Part shown: positions 1 to 10,163 of the stretch, piece after piece
Layout: each line of letters opens with the position of its first letter
Position numbering within the stretch: position 1 is the first letter of the stretch
NCBI GenBank assembly: GCA_964227855.1
Contig: CAXQWT010000040.1
Location: forward strand, 2,548 to 66,547
Length of the DNA: 64,000 nt
Direction of reading: 5' to 3'
DNA from: Salipiger bermudensis
GTDB taxonomy: Archaea; Thermoplasmatota; Poseidoniia; Poseidoniales; Poseidoniaceae
Notes under the pieces: model-generated
Seen by the model: the letters and a program-made list of their open reading frames with translations, nothing else
Databases searched by the model: none
Told to the model about the DNA's origin: nothing
Made by a program: the position numbers and the translations under genes

Positions 1-1
1 T

Positions 2-3000
2 ACTGGCGACACAATCTGGACATTTTCCGGCGTAGGATATGGCGATTTGGCACACCAAAACTCATTCCAAACCGGTGCGACCTTCGATACAATCCAATTG
101 AACAACAGTTCAAGCATGCCGTCTCCGATTCTCTTGCCAAAGAATGCCACAATTCAGTCGAGTCAAGCGAACATTACCTACTCTCCGCAAATAGATGGCC
201 AATACATCCCAGTTGGGGCCGTACGACACATGATGTTGGGTGATTCGAATGGGGATAATTTGACCGATGCATTTGTCTTTTCTACGACAAATTCCACGAC
301 TGGAGTCAACACTGGTTTCGCTGTCGTTGAAAGCAATCAAACAACAATGCAATACAATTTGACTGCGTGGACTTCGACCTGCATTAACTCAGACCAGATG
401 CGTATTGCAGACATGAACAACGATTCTCACGACGACGTCGTTACCTTTTCTGCTGGCAGCTCTATGATGTGTATCCACTACTACAACACAACAACAATGG
501 CCTATGACCCTTCCTTTAGTGTCAACATTACAAGCAGCCCTATCGATGTCCAAATCGCTGATATGAATGGAGACGGGTTTCCAGATTTCATCACTATTCA
601 CGGATATTCCGGCGAAGGCCTCGTTTCATTGACACTGTTCAATGGTTCGAGTGATGTGGTCCGTCAGGACGATGACATCCCCATTTTCCGCTGGAACTTC
701 GGCCAAGGCCGAACAAGCATGCGAAGCCTGAGAGTAGACGACTTCTTCGACCGAAACGAGACCGTAATCATCGTTTCAGATGCTTGGAACGATGCTACTG
801 AAGTTACTTATGACGCGCAAACACGTCAACTGAACGCCAATATCGTCAAATTCCGTAACCTCACTGAAGGTTCGATTGCAGGCGATTTTGATGGGGACGG
901 AGATATTGATTTCTTGACTCCGAAGGAAACTGAATCTGTCCTCGTCATTAACAATCAGACAGCGTGGGAGCAGGTCACCCTTCTCGATGTTCTGGACACG
1001 ACCAATGCCACAGTTTTCGATCACAATAACGATGGCTCAATCTCTCTTCTCACGCCAAACCCACAGTTTGGAGATGGGAATTCAGCAACAATTGAGGGGA
1101 ACATCGGCATACGTTCAATCACTGCAACTGGCCTCGGAACGCCAAGTCTTTCGCCTTTGACACCATATTCGGTTCCAAGAGATGTCCAAGTGGCTGATAT
1201 CAATCAAGATGGATTAATTGATCAATTTGTACTTGCTGGAGAAACACTTCAAGGTGTCTTTATTGGAGCATGGCACAATGTTTCGTTGGATACTGATGTT
1301 GATGGAGATGATGATTTGTGGGCAGAGGGGTATTCAAGTACAACAATTCCTCACATTGGTGTCTTGACAATCATAGATGGTAACGATGTCATTCGAGACA
1401 CTGTATCTCCATACATTCCAGCCTACCCTGGAATATCGGATGGTTATGGAATTGAAATGGTAACCAATCTAATGTCAATTTCGAGCAACTCGAAGGGGAT
1501 TGCAAATTTCACTGATCTTGACATTGCTTACGATATCGAATTTTCTGTCAAAACAAGTACAGGAACAATTGGTTCATTGAGCAACTCACTCAATCAACAG
1601 ATGCTTCCGGGTTCGGGCTCGTTCACAGTCACTCTACCAGTTGAGACCACAAAAGCAGGACAGTTTGATGCGATTTATTTGAGCATGAACTATACGCTTG
1701 GTGCTCCAAATCTCGCACTTCCACCAACACCTCTCTTGTCGGTTCAGTCTCTTACTGAAACGGGTGTGACCATTGAATGGCAAGCGCTTTCTGAATTCGG
1801 CTCCGACCTTCAAGAATTCCAAGTTTTCCGAATGTCATCGACCACTTCATACGATTATACATCTCCGTATGAAATCGTGATTGGACAGAACTCCTTTACC
1901 GATTCAAACGTTGACATCGGTTCGACGTATGGCTACATTGTCCGCTCCATTCATTCTTACGGAATTGTGAGTAATCTTTCACAAGCACTGGAAGTAACTA
2001 TTCCAAACCCATCCGCCCCTTCAGCAGTCACAAATGTCCAATTGGTTGACCTTGATACTGAAACAGCATCGGCTCCATTGAAGGTAATGTGGGATGCAAG
2101 CACTGATCCCGGTGTTGTAGAATACATGATTTATGTCGCTACATCCGATTTGAACGCAAGCGGCTTGAACAACGCATTAACTTCAAGCAAGGCCTATTCA
2201 ATTGGTGGCGTGACCTATCAAGCCGCAGCGACCGTATCATCCTCGACGACAGAAGCTGAGATTTCACTCACAAGCGAATATGCTGATGTTTCCGGAACAA
2301 CATCATCGGAATCAATTCAGGATGGGCAGCAGTATTGGGTTGCAGTTGCAGCGATTGACACTTACGATAATGCCACCCTTCCGCTTCCATTCGCTGGACC
2401 AACGACCGTATTCAACAACACCTACATCGATAGTCAACTGGAACTCACAGTAACCTCTGGTCCGACTTCAGCAAGTGAGAATGTGCTAGAATCCAACAGC
2501 CAGATGTTGGTTAGCGTCTATGCGCATTATCTCGACGACAGTCAACAGAATGTTGCTATCGAAAACGCTCAACTTGAAATGACGATGACATACGGTACGG
2601 ACACGCTCGTTCTCAATGGTCAAAGTGACAGCAATGGGCAATGGGTTGTGATCGATGTTGATTCTCTTCACGATGCCACCATCCCACAAACCCTTCTTGA
2701 TTACTCAGCCAATCCTGATGGAGTCGTGAGCATTGATGTGTCGATGCAAGCGATTGAGATCGTTGATACACAGCCGTACTCATCAGCGACTACATCAGAT
2801 TCAATGGGCACTGCAATCTCTGTAGAACTTGAAGGACCAGCATCACCAGTTGATATGGATGCGAACGATGCGATCGATATTAACATCACATTGAGTGCTG
2901 TCGACTCTGCCAACCCAGCTCATCAAGCCTCATTAGAAGGAACAACCATCTTATGGGAAGCATTCAATGATTCTTCCCAAAATGCTTCAATGAGTGGCTC

Positions 3001-4027
3001 TGAAACGATTTCAACCGGTAAGATTCGAATTGCTTCATCCTTCGAGAACATGTCCAGAATTGAGTTCACTGTCGATCCAGGTTCCAGAATCATCTTCGGA
3101 ACGACCACATTCACCGTGTCTCTCAATGAGTACACCGTTCCTACACAGAACAACGAAACAAATGAAACGGAAACAGAATGGGTTCCAACATCCATTCAAT
3201 CCGTTACCATTGCATGTGAGAGTGCCACAATTCTAACGAATCAACAAGCAGCCGACGACCCAATCGATTGTCTTGTTCAAAACCCTAATCCGTTTTCCGT
3301 AGATGTTGATATTTCGGTCACAGAAAATCCATCTCTGTTCAAGACGTCTGGTACAATAAGCATCGCAGCAAATGAATCTGCGACCGTTTCCTTTGTTCCG
3401 AAGTATGAGGACCCATTGTGGGCTCGACAAGACGATGCAGGCGTTGAAAATCAATTTTCTATTCAACTTCGTACAAGTTCCCCTGATTACGAACTTCCAG
3501 GCGAACCAATCGTGGAAAACGATGTCGTGACCTGGACCGCGGACCTCTTCGTTGAGGTTGTAACAACTCCTGATGGTGAGGAGAAGAGCTCATCCAATGT
3601 CGTCCTCTTCGGAGGAATTGGGGCGGCCATTTTTGCTCTTGCTGCAGTTGGTTTCATCCTTTACCGCAAAGCTTCAGCCGACTTTGAGGATGAGTCCTTC
3701 TACGAAGAAGAAGACGCTTTCCTCGAAGATGATGACGAACCTGTTGAGATTCCACAAGGAAAGCCGCTCGATGAGTTTGAAGATAAGACGATTTCTGCAG
3801 AACCCGAAATCATTGAACGGCCCGGCGATTCACTGATCTCAGAAGTGACAGAATCGAACGAGGACATTCCAGAAGATGAACCAGAGTCTGAAGAAGAAGT
3901 CGAAGAAACAGAAGAAGATGATGGAATCTCTGTTGATGAATTTGGAACAGAATGGTACGAGGATGAGGTCGGACAATGGTGGTACCGAGAAGAAGGCGCC
4001 GAAGATTGGTCCGAATACAACGAGTAA
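2..4027 (+). CDS. Large cell-surface protein, N-terminally truncated by the window edge. It has FG-GAP/VCBS-like Ca-binding repeats, two FN3-like domains, a C-terminal TM helix and an acidic cytoplasmic tail.
   Basis: The ORF track starts at a TTG at 47, but the reading frame is open back to nt 2 with no stop, so the gene begins upstream of the window. Repeats DMNGDGFPDF, DFDGDGDIDF and DINQDGLIDQ are present. FN3-like segments run VTIEWQALSEF...FQVFRMS and PLKVMWDASTDPGVVEYMIYV. The TM helix is VVLFGGIGAAIFALAAVGFILYRK, followed by a D/E-rich tail to 4027. A T-tract (tatttttct) follows the stop at 4037-4045. Confidence 0.7.
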   Translation, partial: TGDTIWTFSGVGYGDLAHQNSFQTGATFDTIQLNNSSSMPSPILLPKNATIQSSQANITYSPQIDGQYIPVGAVRHMMLGDSNGDNLTDAFVFSTTNSTTGVNTGFAVVESNQTTMQYNLTAWTSTCINSDQMRIADMNNDSHDDVVTFSAGSSMMCIHYYNTTTMAYDPSFSVNITSSPIDVQIADMNGDGFPDFITIHGYSGEGLVSLTLFNGSSDVVRQDDDIPIFRWNFGQGRTSMRSLRVDDFFDRNETVIIVSDAWNDATEVTYDAQTRQLNANIVKFRNLTEGSIAGDFDGDGDIDFLTPKETESVLVINNQTAWEQVTLLDVLDTTNATVFDHNNDGSISLLTPNPQFGDGNSATIEGNIGIRSITATGLGTPSLSPLTPYSVPRDVQVADINQDGLIDQFVLAGETLQGVFIGAWHNVSLDTDVDGDDDLWAEGYSSTTIPHIGVLTIIDGNDVIRDTVSPYIPAYPGISDGYGIEMVTNLMSISSNSKGIANFTDLDIAYDIEFSVKTSTGTIGSLSNSLNQQMLPGSGSFTVTLPVETTKAGQFDAIYLSMNYTLGAPNLALPPTPLLSVQSLTETGVTIEWQALSEFGSDLQEFQVFRMSSTTSYDYTSPYEIVIGQNSFTDSNVDIGSTYGYIVRSIHSYGIVSNLSQALEVTIPNPSAPSAVTNVQLVDLDTETASAPLKVMWDASTDPGVVEYMIYVATSDLNASGLNNALTSSKAYSIGGVTYQAAATVSSSTTEAEISLTSEYADVSGTTSSESIQDGQQYWVAVAAIDTYDNATLPLPFAGPTTVFNNTYIDSQLELTVTSGPTSASENVLESNSQMLVSVYAHYLDDSQQNVAIENAQLEMTMTYGTDTLVLNGQSDSNGQWVVIDVDSLHDATIPQTLLDYSANPDGVVSIDVSMQAIEIVDTQPYSSATTSDSMGTAISVELEGPASPVDMDANDAIDINITLSAVDSANPAHQASLEGTTILWEAFNDSSQNASMSGSETISTGKIRIASSFENMSRIEFTVDPGSRIIFGTTTFTVSLNEYTVPTQNNETNETETEWVPTSIQSVTIACESATILTNQQAADDPIDCLVQNPNPFSVDVDISVTENPSLFKTSGTISIAANESATVSFVPKYEDPLWARQDDAGVENQFSIQLRTSSPDYELPGEPIVENDVVTWTADLFVEVVTTPDGEEKSSSNVVLFGGIGAAIFALAAVGFILYRKASADFEDESFYEEEDAFLEDDDEPVEIPQGKPLDEFEDKTISAEPEIIERPGDSLISEVTESNEDIPEDEPESEEEVEETEEDDGISVDEFGTEWYEDEVGQWWYREEGAEDWSEYNE

Positions 4028-4078
4028 GTGCCGAGATATTTTTCTAACACGAGCCGACCCCCAAAATGAGGCGTGAGT

Positions 4079-4828
4079 ATGAAACAACAGTTTGGAACGT
4101 ACGACCTAGTTCTTCGTTCGGGTGTTGACCCGACGACAGGCGGCGTTGCGATTTGTGGCTTTACGACTGCCGGGATGGTTGGCGTTATCGCTGCATCTCA
4201 CATCATCGAATCACTCAACCTGACGCAGTTAGGGACGGTAATGGATGAGAACTTTCCTGCCGTTGCTCTGATTCAAAACGAAGTTCCACGTCACCCTGTT
4301 CGAGTGTATCAGGGCGACGGAATTGGTGTGTTCACCGCAGAGATCCAATTTGACAAAGAACAGGACATTGCTTTCGGATCGACCGTCCTCGAATGGTTCC
4401 GAGTAGGCGGCTTTGATCAACTCATTATCATCGATGGAATTCTCAAACCAGAGAAACAAATCCATGGAGAAGGGTTGTTCGCAGTTGGAGCAAATGCAGC
4501 AGCTCGCACACGTCTGAAGTCCTTGGAATTACAAACAATCCAACGAGGCGTTGTATCGGGGATTACAGGATTCCTCCTTAGCGAAGGTGACCGATTGAAT
4601 CTCGACATTACCGCACTTCTCTCTGAAGCAAGCCCAATGTATCCCGATGTTCGTGCTGCAGCGGTTGCTATCGAAGCAATCACAGAGATGACTGGAAAGG
4701 AAATCCCGCTCTCAAAAATGCTCGAGAATGCCCGGAGCATCGAACAATCCGTTCAAGAAATCATTGAAAGTTCTACACCGTTGTTGCCTTCACCAGATGA
4801 AGAAATTAACGACCCATCATTCGGTTGA
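4079..4828 (+). CDS. PAC2-family protein (COG1938), a candidate archaeal proteasome-assembly-chaperone-like protein.
   Basis: The N-terminal pattern AICGFTTAGMVGVIAASHIIESL...FPAVALI...PVRVYQ matches the PAC2 consensus (GFPG-GLVG-IA..YLIE.L...FPP.A.I...P.RIY). Length is ~250 aa. A GAGG Shine-Dalgarno lies 7 nt upstream of the ATG at 4079; the ORF-track start at 4073 is a GTG. Confidence 0.55.
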   Translation: MKQQFGTYDLVLRSGVDPTTGGVAICGFTTAGMVGVIAASHIIESLNLTQLGTVMDENFPAVALIQNEVPRHPVRVYQGDGIGVFTAEIQFDKEQDIAFGSTVLEWFRVGGFDQLIIIDGILKPEKQIHGEGLFAVGANAAARTRLKSLELQTIQRGVVSGITGFLLSEGDRLNLDITALLSEASPMYPDVRAAAVAIEAITEMTGKEIPLSKMLENARSIEQSVQEIIESSTPLLPSPDEEINDPSFG

Positions 4829-6208
4829 TTGAAACGAACGTACAATTTCGATAACCGATTCAAACGGTGCCTTTGTAGCAATGAACGGACGCAAGTCAGG
4901 CACTCGAGCAGTCAAGTGACCTTCACCATTGAGGGCGTCAATAAGTCGTTCCATGGTTGGTAACGAGCCTACATTTGCCAAGCGAGGGAGTTGGTCAAAA
5001 GCAAGCAGCAAATGATCACCTGATAGCAATGGGGCTGCAAGCGCAATGTGGCGTACGGAGCGGCGAATTTCTCGCTCAGCATAGAGTTGGTCTGCTTCGG
5101 TCCATTCAACTCCGTGTGCACCACCTCGCTCGATGTCGGATGGTTTTGCAAGGCATGTCTTCACAGCATTCTCTTCTGTCAATCGAGAACATATCTCTTC
5201 ATTCCATAACGGACCAATCCACATTGGTCCACTTGCGTGTTCCAGTTCTTCCGAAGTTGGATGGTTCGTGAATTTGTAGGGTTCGCCTTCGGTTCGAACT
5301 CTCCATCCCATAAGTTCACGATTTCGATCGGCGCCTTGTTTGCTCTTTCGAACGCGTACGGAAACACGGACATGATGCCCATCGAATAAAGCCAGGATGG
5401 GCTCAATGGCCCGATCGAGTTGGGCTGCTCTGGTTGCAATCGTTCCGAGTAATACACGCACAGCATCATCATGAGCATAGAAATCAACAATGCCTTTGTG
5501 ACCGTATCGACGCATTCCTGATGTTGCTGAGGAGCCCGTTAGTGCCGCAGTATCGGTAGCTGTCACTTCGAGGACCCCGACTCTACCGAGAGCTTGCAGA
5601 GCACCATCAATGAATGTAATCGGAGAACCAAATGGGTCCACATCAATCCATTGGAAGGAGCCTTGCACCATGGCCATTCGCGCATCATTATATTGGAACT
5701 TAATGCCGTTCTTTTCGATGAATTTCGGTTGGATTTGCTCATCATCGATAGGGGAAGTAATCTCAACACCCACGTCGGAATCTATGGATGTTAAGGCCCA
5801 ATCCAACGCATTCTTGTCCAAATCGTTCGCTGTAATGTGGAGTCGATGCTGATGTTGCGGGTTGATCTCATTCCGCCATCGTCGAACACGAATTCCTGTT
5901 GCACATAGAGCATCCAGAGCGCGGATAGGACGATCTCCATTGATCCATCCGTGCTCCAGAGCGTCTTGTAGAAGCAAGACAGAACGCGTGCGTGCAGGGG
6001 CCATTGCAGGATTCATGAATCCAGTTCCTGATTTTGCAGCAGGACCTCTCGGCATGTGAGAGGGTCGAGGTTGGCCATCCTTCAGGTGAACAAATGTGCG
6101 CCCTTCGCACCACAAGTGGCCAGGCCATCCGTCCGGATGTTCTCGACCCGTGAAGGATTCGCCCATGGCAAGACGAGATGATACCTCTTCTTGACCACAC
6201 CGCTTCAA
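4817..6208 (-). CDS. trm1: tRNA (guanine26-N2)-dimethyltransferase Trm1.
   Basis: Trm1-like segments LDALCATGIRVRRW and FQWIDVDPFGSPITFIDGALQAL...VLEVTATD. Size ~460 aa fits archaeal Trm1. Confidence 0.75.
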   Translation of the reverse strand: MKRCGQEEVSSRLAMGESFTGREHPDGWPGHLWCEGRTFVHLKDGQPRPSHMPRGPAAKSGTGFMNPAMAPARTRSVLLLQDALEHGWINGDRPIRALDALCATGIRVRRWRNEINPQHQHRLHITANDLDKNALDWALTSIDSDVGVEITSPIDDEQIQPKFIEKNGIKFQYNDARMAMVQGSFQWIDVDPFGSPITFIDGALQALGRVGVLEVTATDTAALTGSSATSGMRRYGHKGIVDFYAHDDAVRVLLGTIATRAAQLDRAIEPILALFDGHHVRVSVRVRKSKQGADRNRELMGWRVRTEGEPYKFTNHPTSEELEHASGPMWIGPLWNEEICSRLTEENAVKTCLAKPSDIERGGAHGVEWTEADQLYAEREIRRSVRHIALAAPLLSGDHLLLAFDQLPRLANVGSLPTMERLIDALNGEGHLTARVPDLRPFIATKAPFESVIEIVRSFQSTE

Positions 6209-7302
6209 TAGTGTTCAAAGAAAATCTCTGGATTGGAATGTGTGACCTTGTGGCCGTTGGAATGAACGTGTCCGATGATGGCAGCCTTAGGTTCGTATTG
6301 CTGAAGGAATGAAAGAATGGATTCAGCATGTTCACTCGCAACAGCAAGAACCATGCCAAGGCCCATGTTGAACGTTCGATGCATTTCCAAGTCGGTTACG
6401 TTTCCTTGACGTTGGAGCCAAGTGAATTCCGGAGGTATTGGCATTGGCGTATCGATATGCCATCCGAGATCTTCATGCAAACGAAGCAAATTGGACAAAC
6501 CTCCCCCTGTGATGTGCGCAATTCCATGAACTGCATGCACTGAGTTCTGAGAAGATTTGAGATGATTGAGTAATCCAATAACAGGGGAACAGTAAATTTT
6601 GGTTGGAATTAAGAGAACATCTGCAAGGGTTGGGTTTTCTGGAATCTCTCTGCCGGTAAACTCTGTATCGAATGGACATGCATCCGTGTACGAGAGGCCA
6701 ATGTGATTGATGATGTTTCGAACAAGAGAAAATCCATTTGAGTGAATACCAGACGACGGTAATCCAATCAAGAGATCTCCAGATTCCAAGCGTTCACCAG
6801 TGATTGCAGAATCTTTGTCAAGGAACCCGAGTGCTGTACCGGAGAGGTCGAGTTCGGTCACAATTCCAGGGAGTGATGCTGTTTCACCACCGGCGAGCGT
6901 TACGTTCGCCAATTGACAAGCTTTTGCGAGAGATGCGCCAACTGCAGAATGGACTTCGGGGTCAGGCTTAGGGACGGCAATGTAGTCAACGAACGCAATT
7001 GGTTCAGCACCAACACACAACAGGTCGTTCACGTTCATTGCCATGCAATCAATACCTACGCTGTCCCAATTTTTGACGGCAGTAGCAATCTGGAGTTTAC
7101 TTCCAACACCATCGGTCGCCATGGCGAGAAGATGATTTCCAAATTCAATCAATCCACCAAAACCACCCGGTAAGTCAACAGGAGCTCCTGGCGTTCCTGC
7201 TTTTCGGGATGAACGCTGAAGCGAACCGATGAGAGAGGCAACCGCAGCGCCTTCAAGATCGATGTCGACACCGCTTGAGGCGTAATCCATAGGGTCGCTC
7301 AT
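6205..7302 (-). CDS. purM: Phosphoribosylformylglycinamidine cyclo-ligase (AIR synthetase, PurM).
   Basis: Starts MSDPMDYASSGVDID and includes GGFGGLIEF and ATDGVGSKL (PurM N-domain) and a PurM C-domain. The ATG at 7300-7302 was chosen over the upstream ORF-track start. The stop overlaps trm1 by 4 nt. Confidence 0.85.
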   Translation of the reverse strand: MSDPMDYASSGVDIDLEGAAVASLIGSLQRSSRKAGTPGAPVDLPGGFGGLIEFGNHLLAMATDGVGSKLQIATAVKNWDSVGIDCMAMNVNDLLCVGAEPIAFVDYIAVPKPDPEVHSAVGASLAKACQLANVTLAGGETASLPGIVTELDLSGTALGFLDKDSAITGERLESGDLLIGLPSSGIHSNGFSLVRNIINHIGLSYTDACPFDTEFTGREIPENPTLADVLLIPTKIYCSPVIGLLNHLKSSQNSVHAVHGIAHITGGGLSNLLRLHEDLGWHIDTPMPIPPEFTWLQRQGNVTDLEMHRTFNMGLGMVLAVASEHAESILSFLQQYEPKAAIIGHVHSNGHKVTHSNPEIFFEHY

Positions 7303-7324
7303 ATTTTTTCCAAAGCAAGACCAT

Positions 7325-7837
7325 TCATGAATCAATCGTATCGCCAATCAACAACTGAGCAGCGCTGATAATCTCCGTGTGGGAGTTTGCAAGTCGATGG
7401 CCATCATCCACTTGGTGAAAGGCAACGACGTCTTTTCCTGACCGTTCAGCATATTCAATACTGCATGAAATTGGAACAATGTCATCATCAATCCCATGGA
7501 TGATGGCGGTCTTCATCCCCTTCGGAGCAGTCAGAACGATTTCATCGTTGATTGGGGGCTCGTTGAGGTGAAGTGCCGGAGCGCAGAGTAGAAGCCCCCG
7601 AAAAGCATCGGGCATTCGCATCGCAACAATAGATGCAGCCAATCCACCGTAACTCGACCCAGCAAGAACAGGGGACTTTTCTCTGTGTTCTTCGCAGACA
7701 TCTTGTAGAACGCTGACTCGCTCCTCGAGAGGCATGCCTTGGAAATCAGGTGCAACAACTTCGAATCCGGCTTCGCGTAGCGACCGAATCTTGCTCCCAT
7801 TCGGGGTACCTTCCATGCCGTGTGCGAAAATAATCAT
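7325..7837 (-). CDS. Small alpha/beta-hydrolase-fold esterase (YqiA/UPF0227-like).
   Basis: MIIFAHGMEG, the nucleophile elbow AGSSYGGLAA and C-terminal HGIDDDIVP. The ORF-track start at 7855 is a TTG; the first ATG is at 7835-7837. Confidence 0.55.
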   Translation of the reverse strand: MIIFAHGMEGTPNGSKIRSLREAGFEVVAPDFQGMPLEERVSVLQDVCEEHREKSPVLAGSSYGGLAASIVAMRMPDAFRGLLLCAPALHLNEPPINDEIVLTAPKGMKTAIIHGIDDDIVPISCSIEYAERSGKDVVAFHQVDDGHRLANSHTEIISAAQLLIGDTIDS

Positions 7838-7869
7838 GATAATCCCTCTAATCAACCCGATATGAACTT

Positions 7870-10140
7870 ATGGAGTCTGGCCTTTTTCCACTTCCTACGA
7901 AAAGCGAGACAAATGAAGGTGTGAACACCCTCCATTCTCCAGTGGAAATGAAGGGGCGCAGAGATTGCAATGGAACCATTAAGAACGGTGGCCATCCATA
8001 TCCGACTCCTTGGTGTGGTGCGAGTATGATTCAAGACTTTGATTTGACAGCGCGATGGTCTACACTCCTCCATGCTCATTTTACAGAAGATGTGCACAAT
8101 ATTGCCCAACTGTGGCCAGATGTTCAGAGTCTTGAAGTTTCATATCGGACCATCGAGGGATTTGACCCAACGTTTGCACAGAGCATCCTCGAGCAACCCG
8201 ATCTCCATAACGAGGCATCCAACCGAGCGCTCCGAGAATTGCTTGCTGATGTGGGGTATGGGACGATTAACCCATGGGTGCGAATTGTCCATCTTCCAAG
8301 CGATCAAGTGAGAACCGTTTCTCAACTTCGCTCGGATGATATCGGCCTGATGATTTCCATTGATGCAGTGGTCACGAAGATTTCCGGGGTTCGACCAAGA
8401 ATGTACACTGCTAGTTTCAAATGTGTGGCCTGCGAGCACCTTATCACCATTCAACAACCGAACGAACAGGAACTGATCAACCCCATGGAATGCTCTCAAA
8501 TCGATGGAGGATGCGGGCTGACCAATCGCCAAACACGATTCCAACTGCTCCAAGAACGTTCAACGTTAACGAATTCTCAATTTATTGAATTGCAAGAACT
8601 CCCTGAACAGGTCCGAGGAGGAGTTCAACCAGAACGCATCTCCTGTATCGCAGAACACGATCTTACTGGAAAAGTCAACCCTGGTGACCGTGTTAAAGCA
8701 AATGGCGTATTGTTCATTCGCTCACAGCGTAAGTTTGGAAAAGATACTCCAGTGTTTGACATTTTCATGCGCGTTCAATCCCTCGAACGACAGAATCTCG
8801 CTCTCGAGGAAATTGTTGTGAGCGATGAAGAGGAAGCAGAAATTCGGGCATTTGCCTCTGATCAAGATGTCTACAAGCGAATTTCTGAATCGATTGCTCC
8901 ATCGATTTTCGGGATGGAGAAGATCAAGGAAACACTGATGTTGCAACTGTTTGGAGGCGTTGCTCGACTCAATCAAGACGGTACGAGGAACCGTGGTGAC
9001 ATCCACATTCTTCTCATGGGTGACCCTGGTGTTGCAAAGTCGCAACTTCTGGCATACATGGGAAATATATCTCCTCGAGGCCGATTCACATCAGGAATGT
9101 CCGCCTCTGCAGCTGGTCTCACAGCAGCAGCAGTTCAGGACGCTAGTGCTGACGGAAGATGGACACTTGAAGCAGGAGCCCTGGTTCTTGCTGATCAAGG
9201 ACTTGCTGCGATTGATGAATTCGATAAGATGAACCCAGCCGACCGATCAAGCATGCACGAAGCAATGGAACAACAGACCATTTCCATCTCCAAAGCGGGA
9301 ATCAATGCAAGCCTACGCACACGCTGTGCAGTCTTGGCAGCTGCGAACCCAAAGGCAGGACGATTTCAACCTGTTTCCGAAGTGCCATTCACTGGACAAA
9401 TCAATCTCGCTCCACCTCTCATTTCACGTTTTGACGTCATCTGGTTGTTGACAGACCAGCCATCGGAAGACAAAGACGCTAAGATTGCTGGCCACATCGT
9501 CGAGAATCGACTGTCTGGAACAAGTGAACTTCTCGTTAACGAAGGGTCAAGACCCGATCCGCGAAAACTCAGCTCCGTCATGACCAAACCAAGCCATACC
9601 GATGGGCACCTCCACAGAGAATTCATCCGAAAGTACGTGGCATATGCAAAGCGAACTGTTCACCCGAACTTGGATGAAGATGCGAAAAAGCACATCATCG
9701 ACTACTACGTTTCCACTCGAAAACAATCGGGTGAATTCCAGGATTCGGTTGCAATTACAGCCCGTGCCCTCGAAGCACTCGCTCGACTTGCTGAAGCGAG
9801 TGCACGAATTCGTCTCTCTGAAACAGCAAGCATTCAGGATGCTGAGCGGGCCGTACGATTAACCAAGACATGGCGGTATGATCTTATGGGCGAGAATTTC
9901 GATGAAACGGCTATCGCCTCCAATCAGAAAGGAAAGGCCCGTCATGCCGAGCGTAGCATTCTCGATATTGTCGAGCGTTTGTCCGCAAACGGCGAAGGCT
10001 TTGCCCAACTCGTCGATGTACTCAATGAAGCTGAACGTCTTGACATCTCCAGAGAAAAGGCTGAGGAAGTCATTGACAAACTCAATCAAAACGGTCGACT
10101 TATGCGACCAACTGGTTACGATACATTGCAAATTGTTTAG
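7870..10140 (+). CDS. mcm: MCM replicative helicase. The true start may be the internal ATG near 8023.
   Basis: C4 zinc finger CVACEH...CSQIDGGC; Walker A ILLMGDPGVAKSQLL; Walker B AIDEFDKM; arginine-finger region SRFDVIW. No intein is present. Only 32 nt separate this ORF from the divergent upstream gene if it starts at 7870. Confidence 0.9.
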   Translation: MESGLFPLPTKSETNEGVNTLHSPVEMKGRRDCNGTIKNGGHPYPTPWCGASMIQDFDLTARWSTLLHAHFTEDVHNIAQLWPDVQSLEVSYRTIEGFDPTFAQSILEQPDLHNEASNRALRELLADVGYGTINPWVRIVHLPSDQVRTVSQLRSDDIGLMISIDAVVTKISGVRPRMYTASFKCVACEHLITIQQPNEQELINPMECSQIDGGCGLTNRQTRFQLLQERSTLTNSQFIELQELPEQVRGGVQPERISCIAEHDLTGKVNPGDRVKANGVLFIRSQRKFGKDTPVFDIFMRVQSLERQNLALEEIVVSDEEEAEIRAFASDQDVYKRISESIAPSIFGMEKIKETLMLQLFGGVARLNQDGTRNRGDIHILLMGDPGVAKSQLLAYMGNISPRGRFTSGMSASAAGLTAAAVQDASADGRWTLEAGALVLADQGLAAIDEFDKMNPADRSSMHEAMEQQTISISKAGINASLRTRCAVLAAANPKAGRFQPVSEVPFTGQINLAPPLISRFDVIWLLTDQPSEDKDAKIAGHIVENRLSGTSELLVNEGSRPDPRKLSSVMTKPSHTDGHLHREFIRKYVAYAKRTVHPNLDEDAKKHIIDYYVSTRKQSGEFQDSVAITARALEALARLAEASARIRLSETASIQDAERAVRLTKTWRYDLMGENFDETAIASNQKGKARHAERSILDIVERLSANGEGFAQLVDVLNEAERLDISREKAEEVIDKLNQNGRLMRPTGYDTLQIV

Positions 10141-10163
10141 ATGCGAAGCAATCATCTCTTGAA

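Noticed and set aside
3700-4087. Antisense and alternative-frame ORFs (3700..4050 -, 3839..4087 -, 3876..4076 +) over the acidic tail of the first surface protein.
   Set aside because: They give low-complexity S-rich or K-rich translations of a GAA/GAT-rich tract. They are shadows of the real +2-frame CDS.
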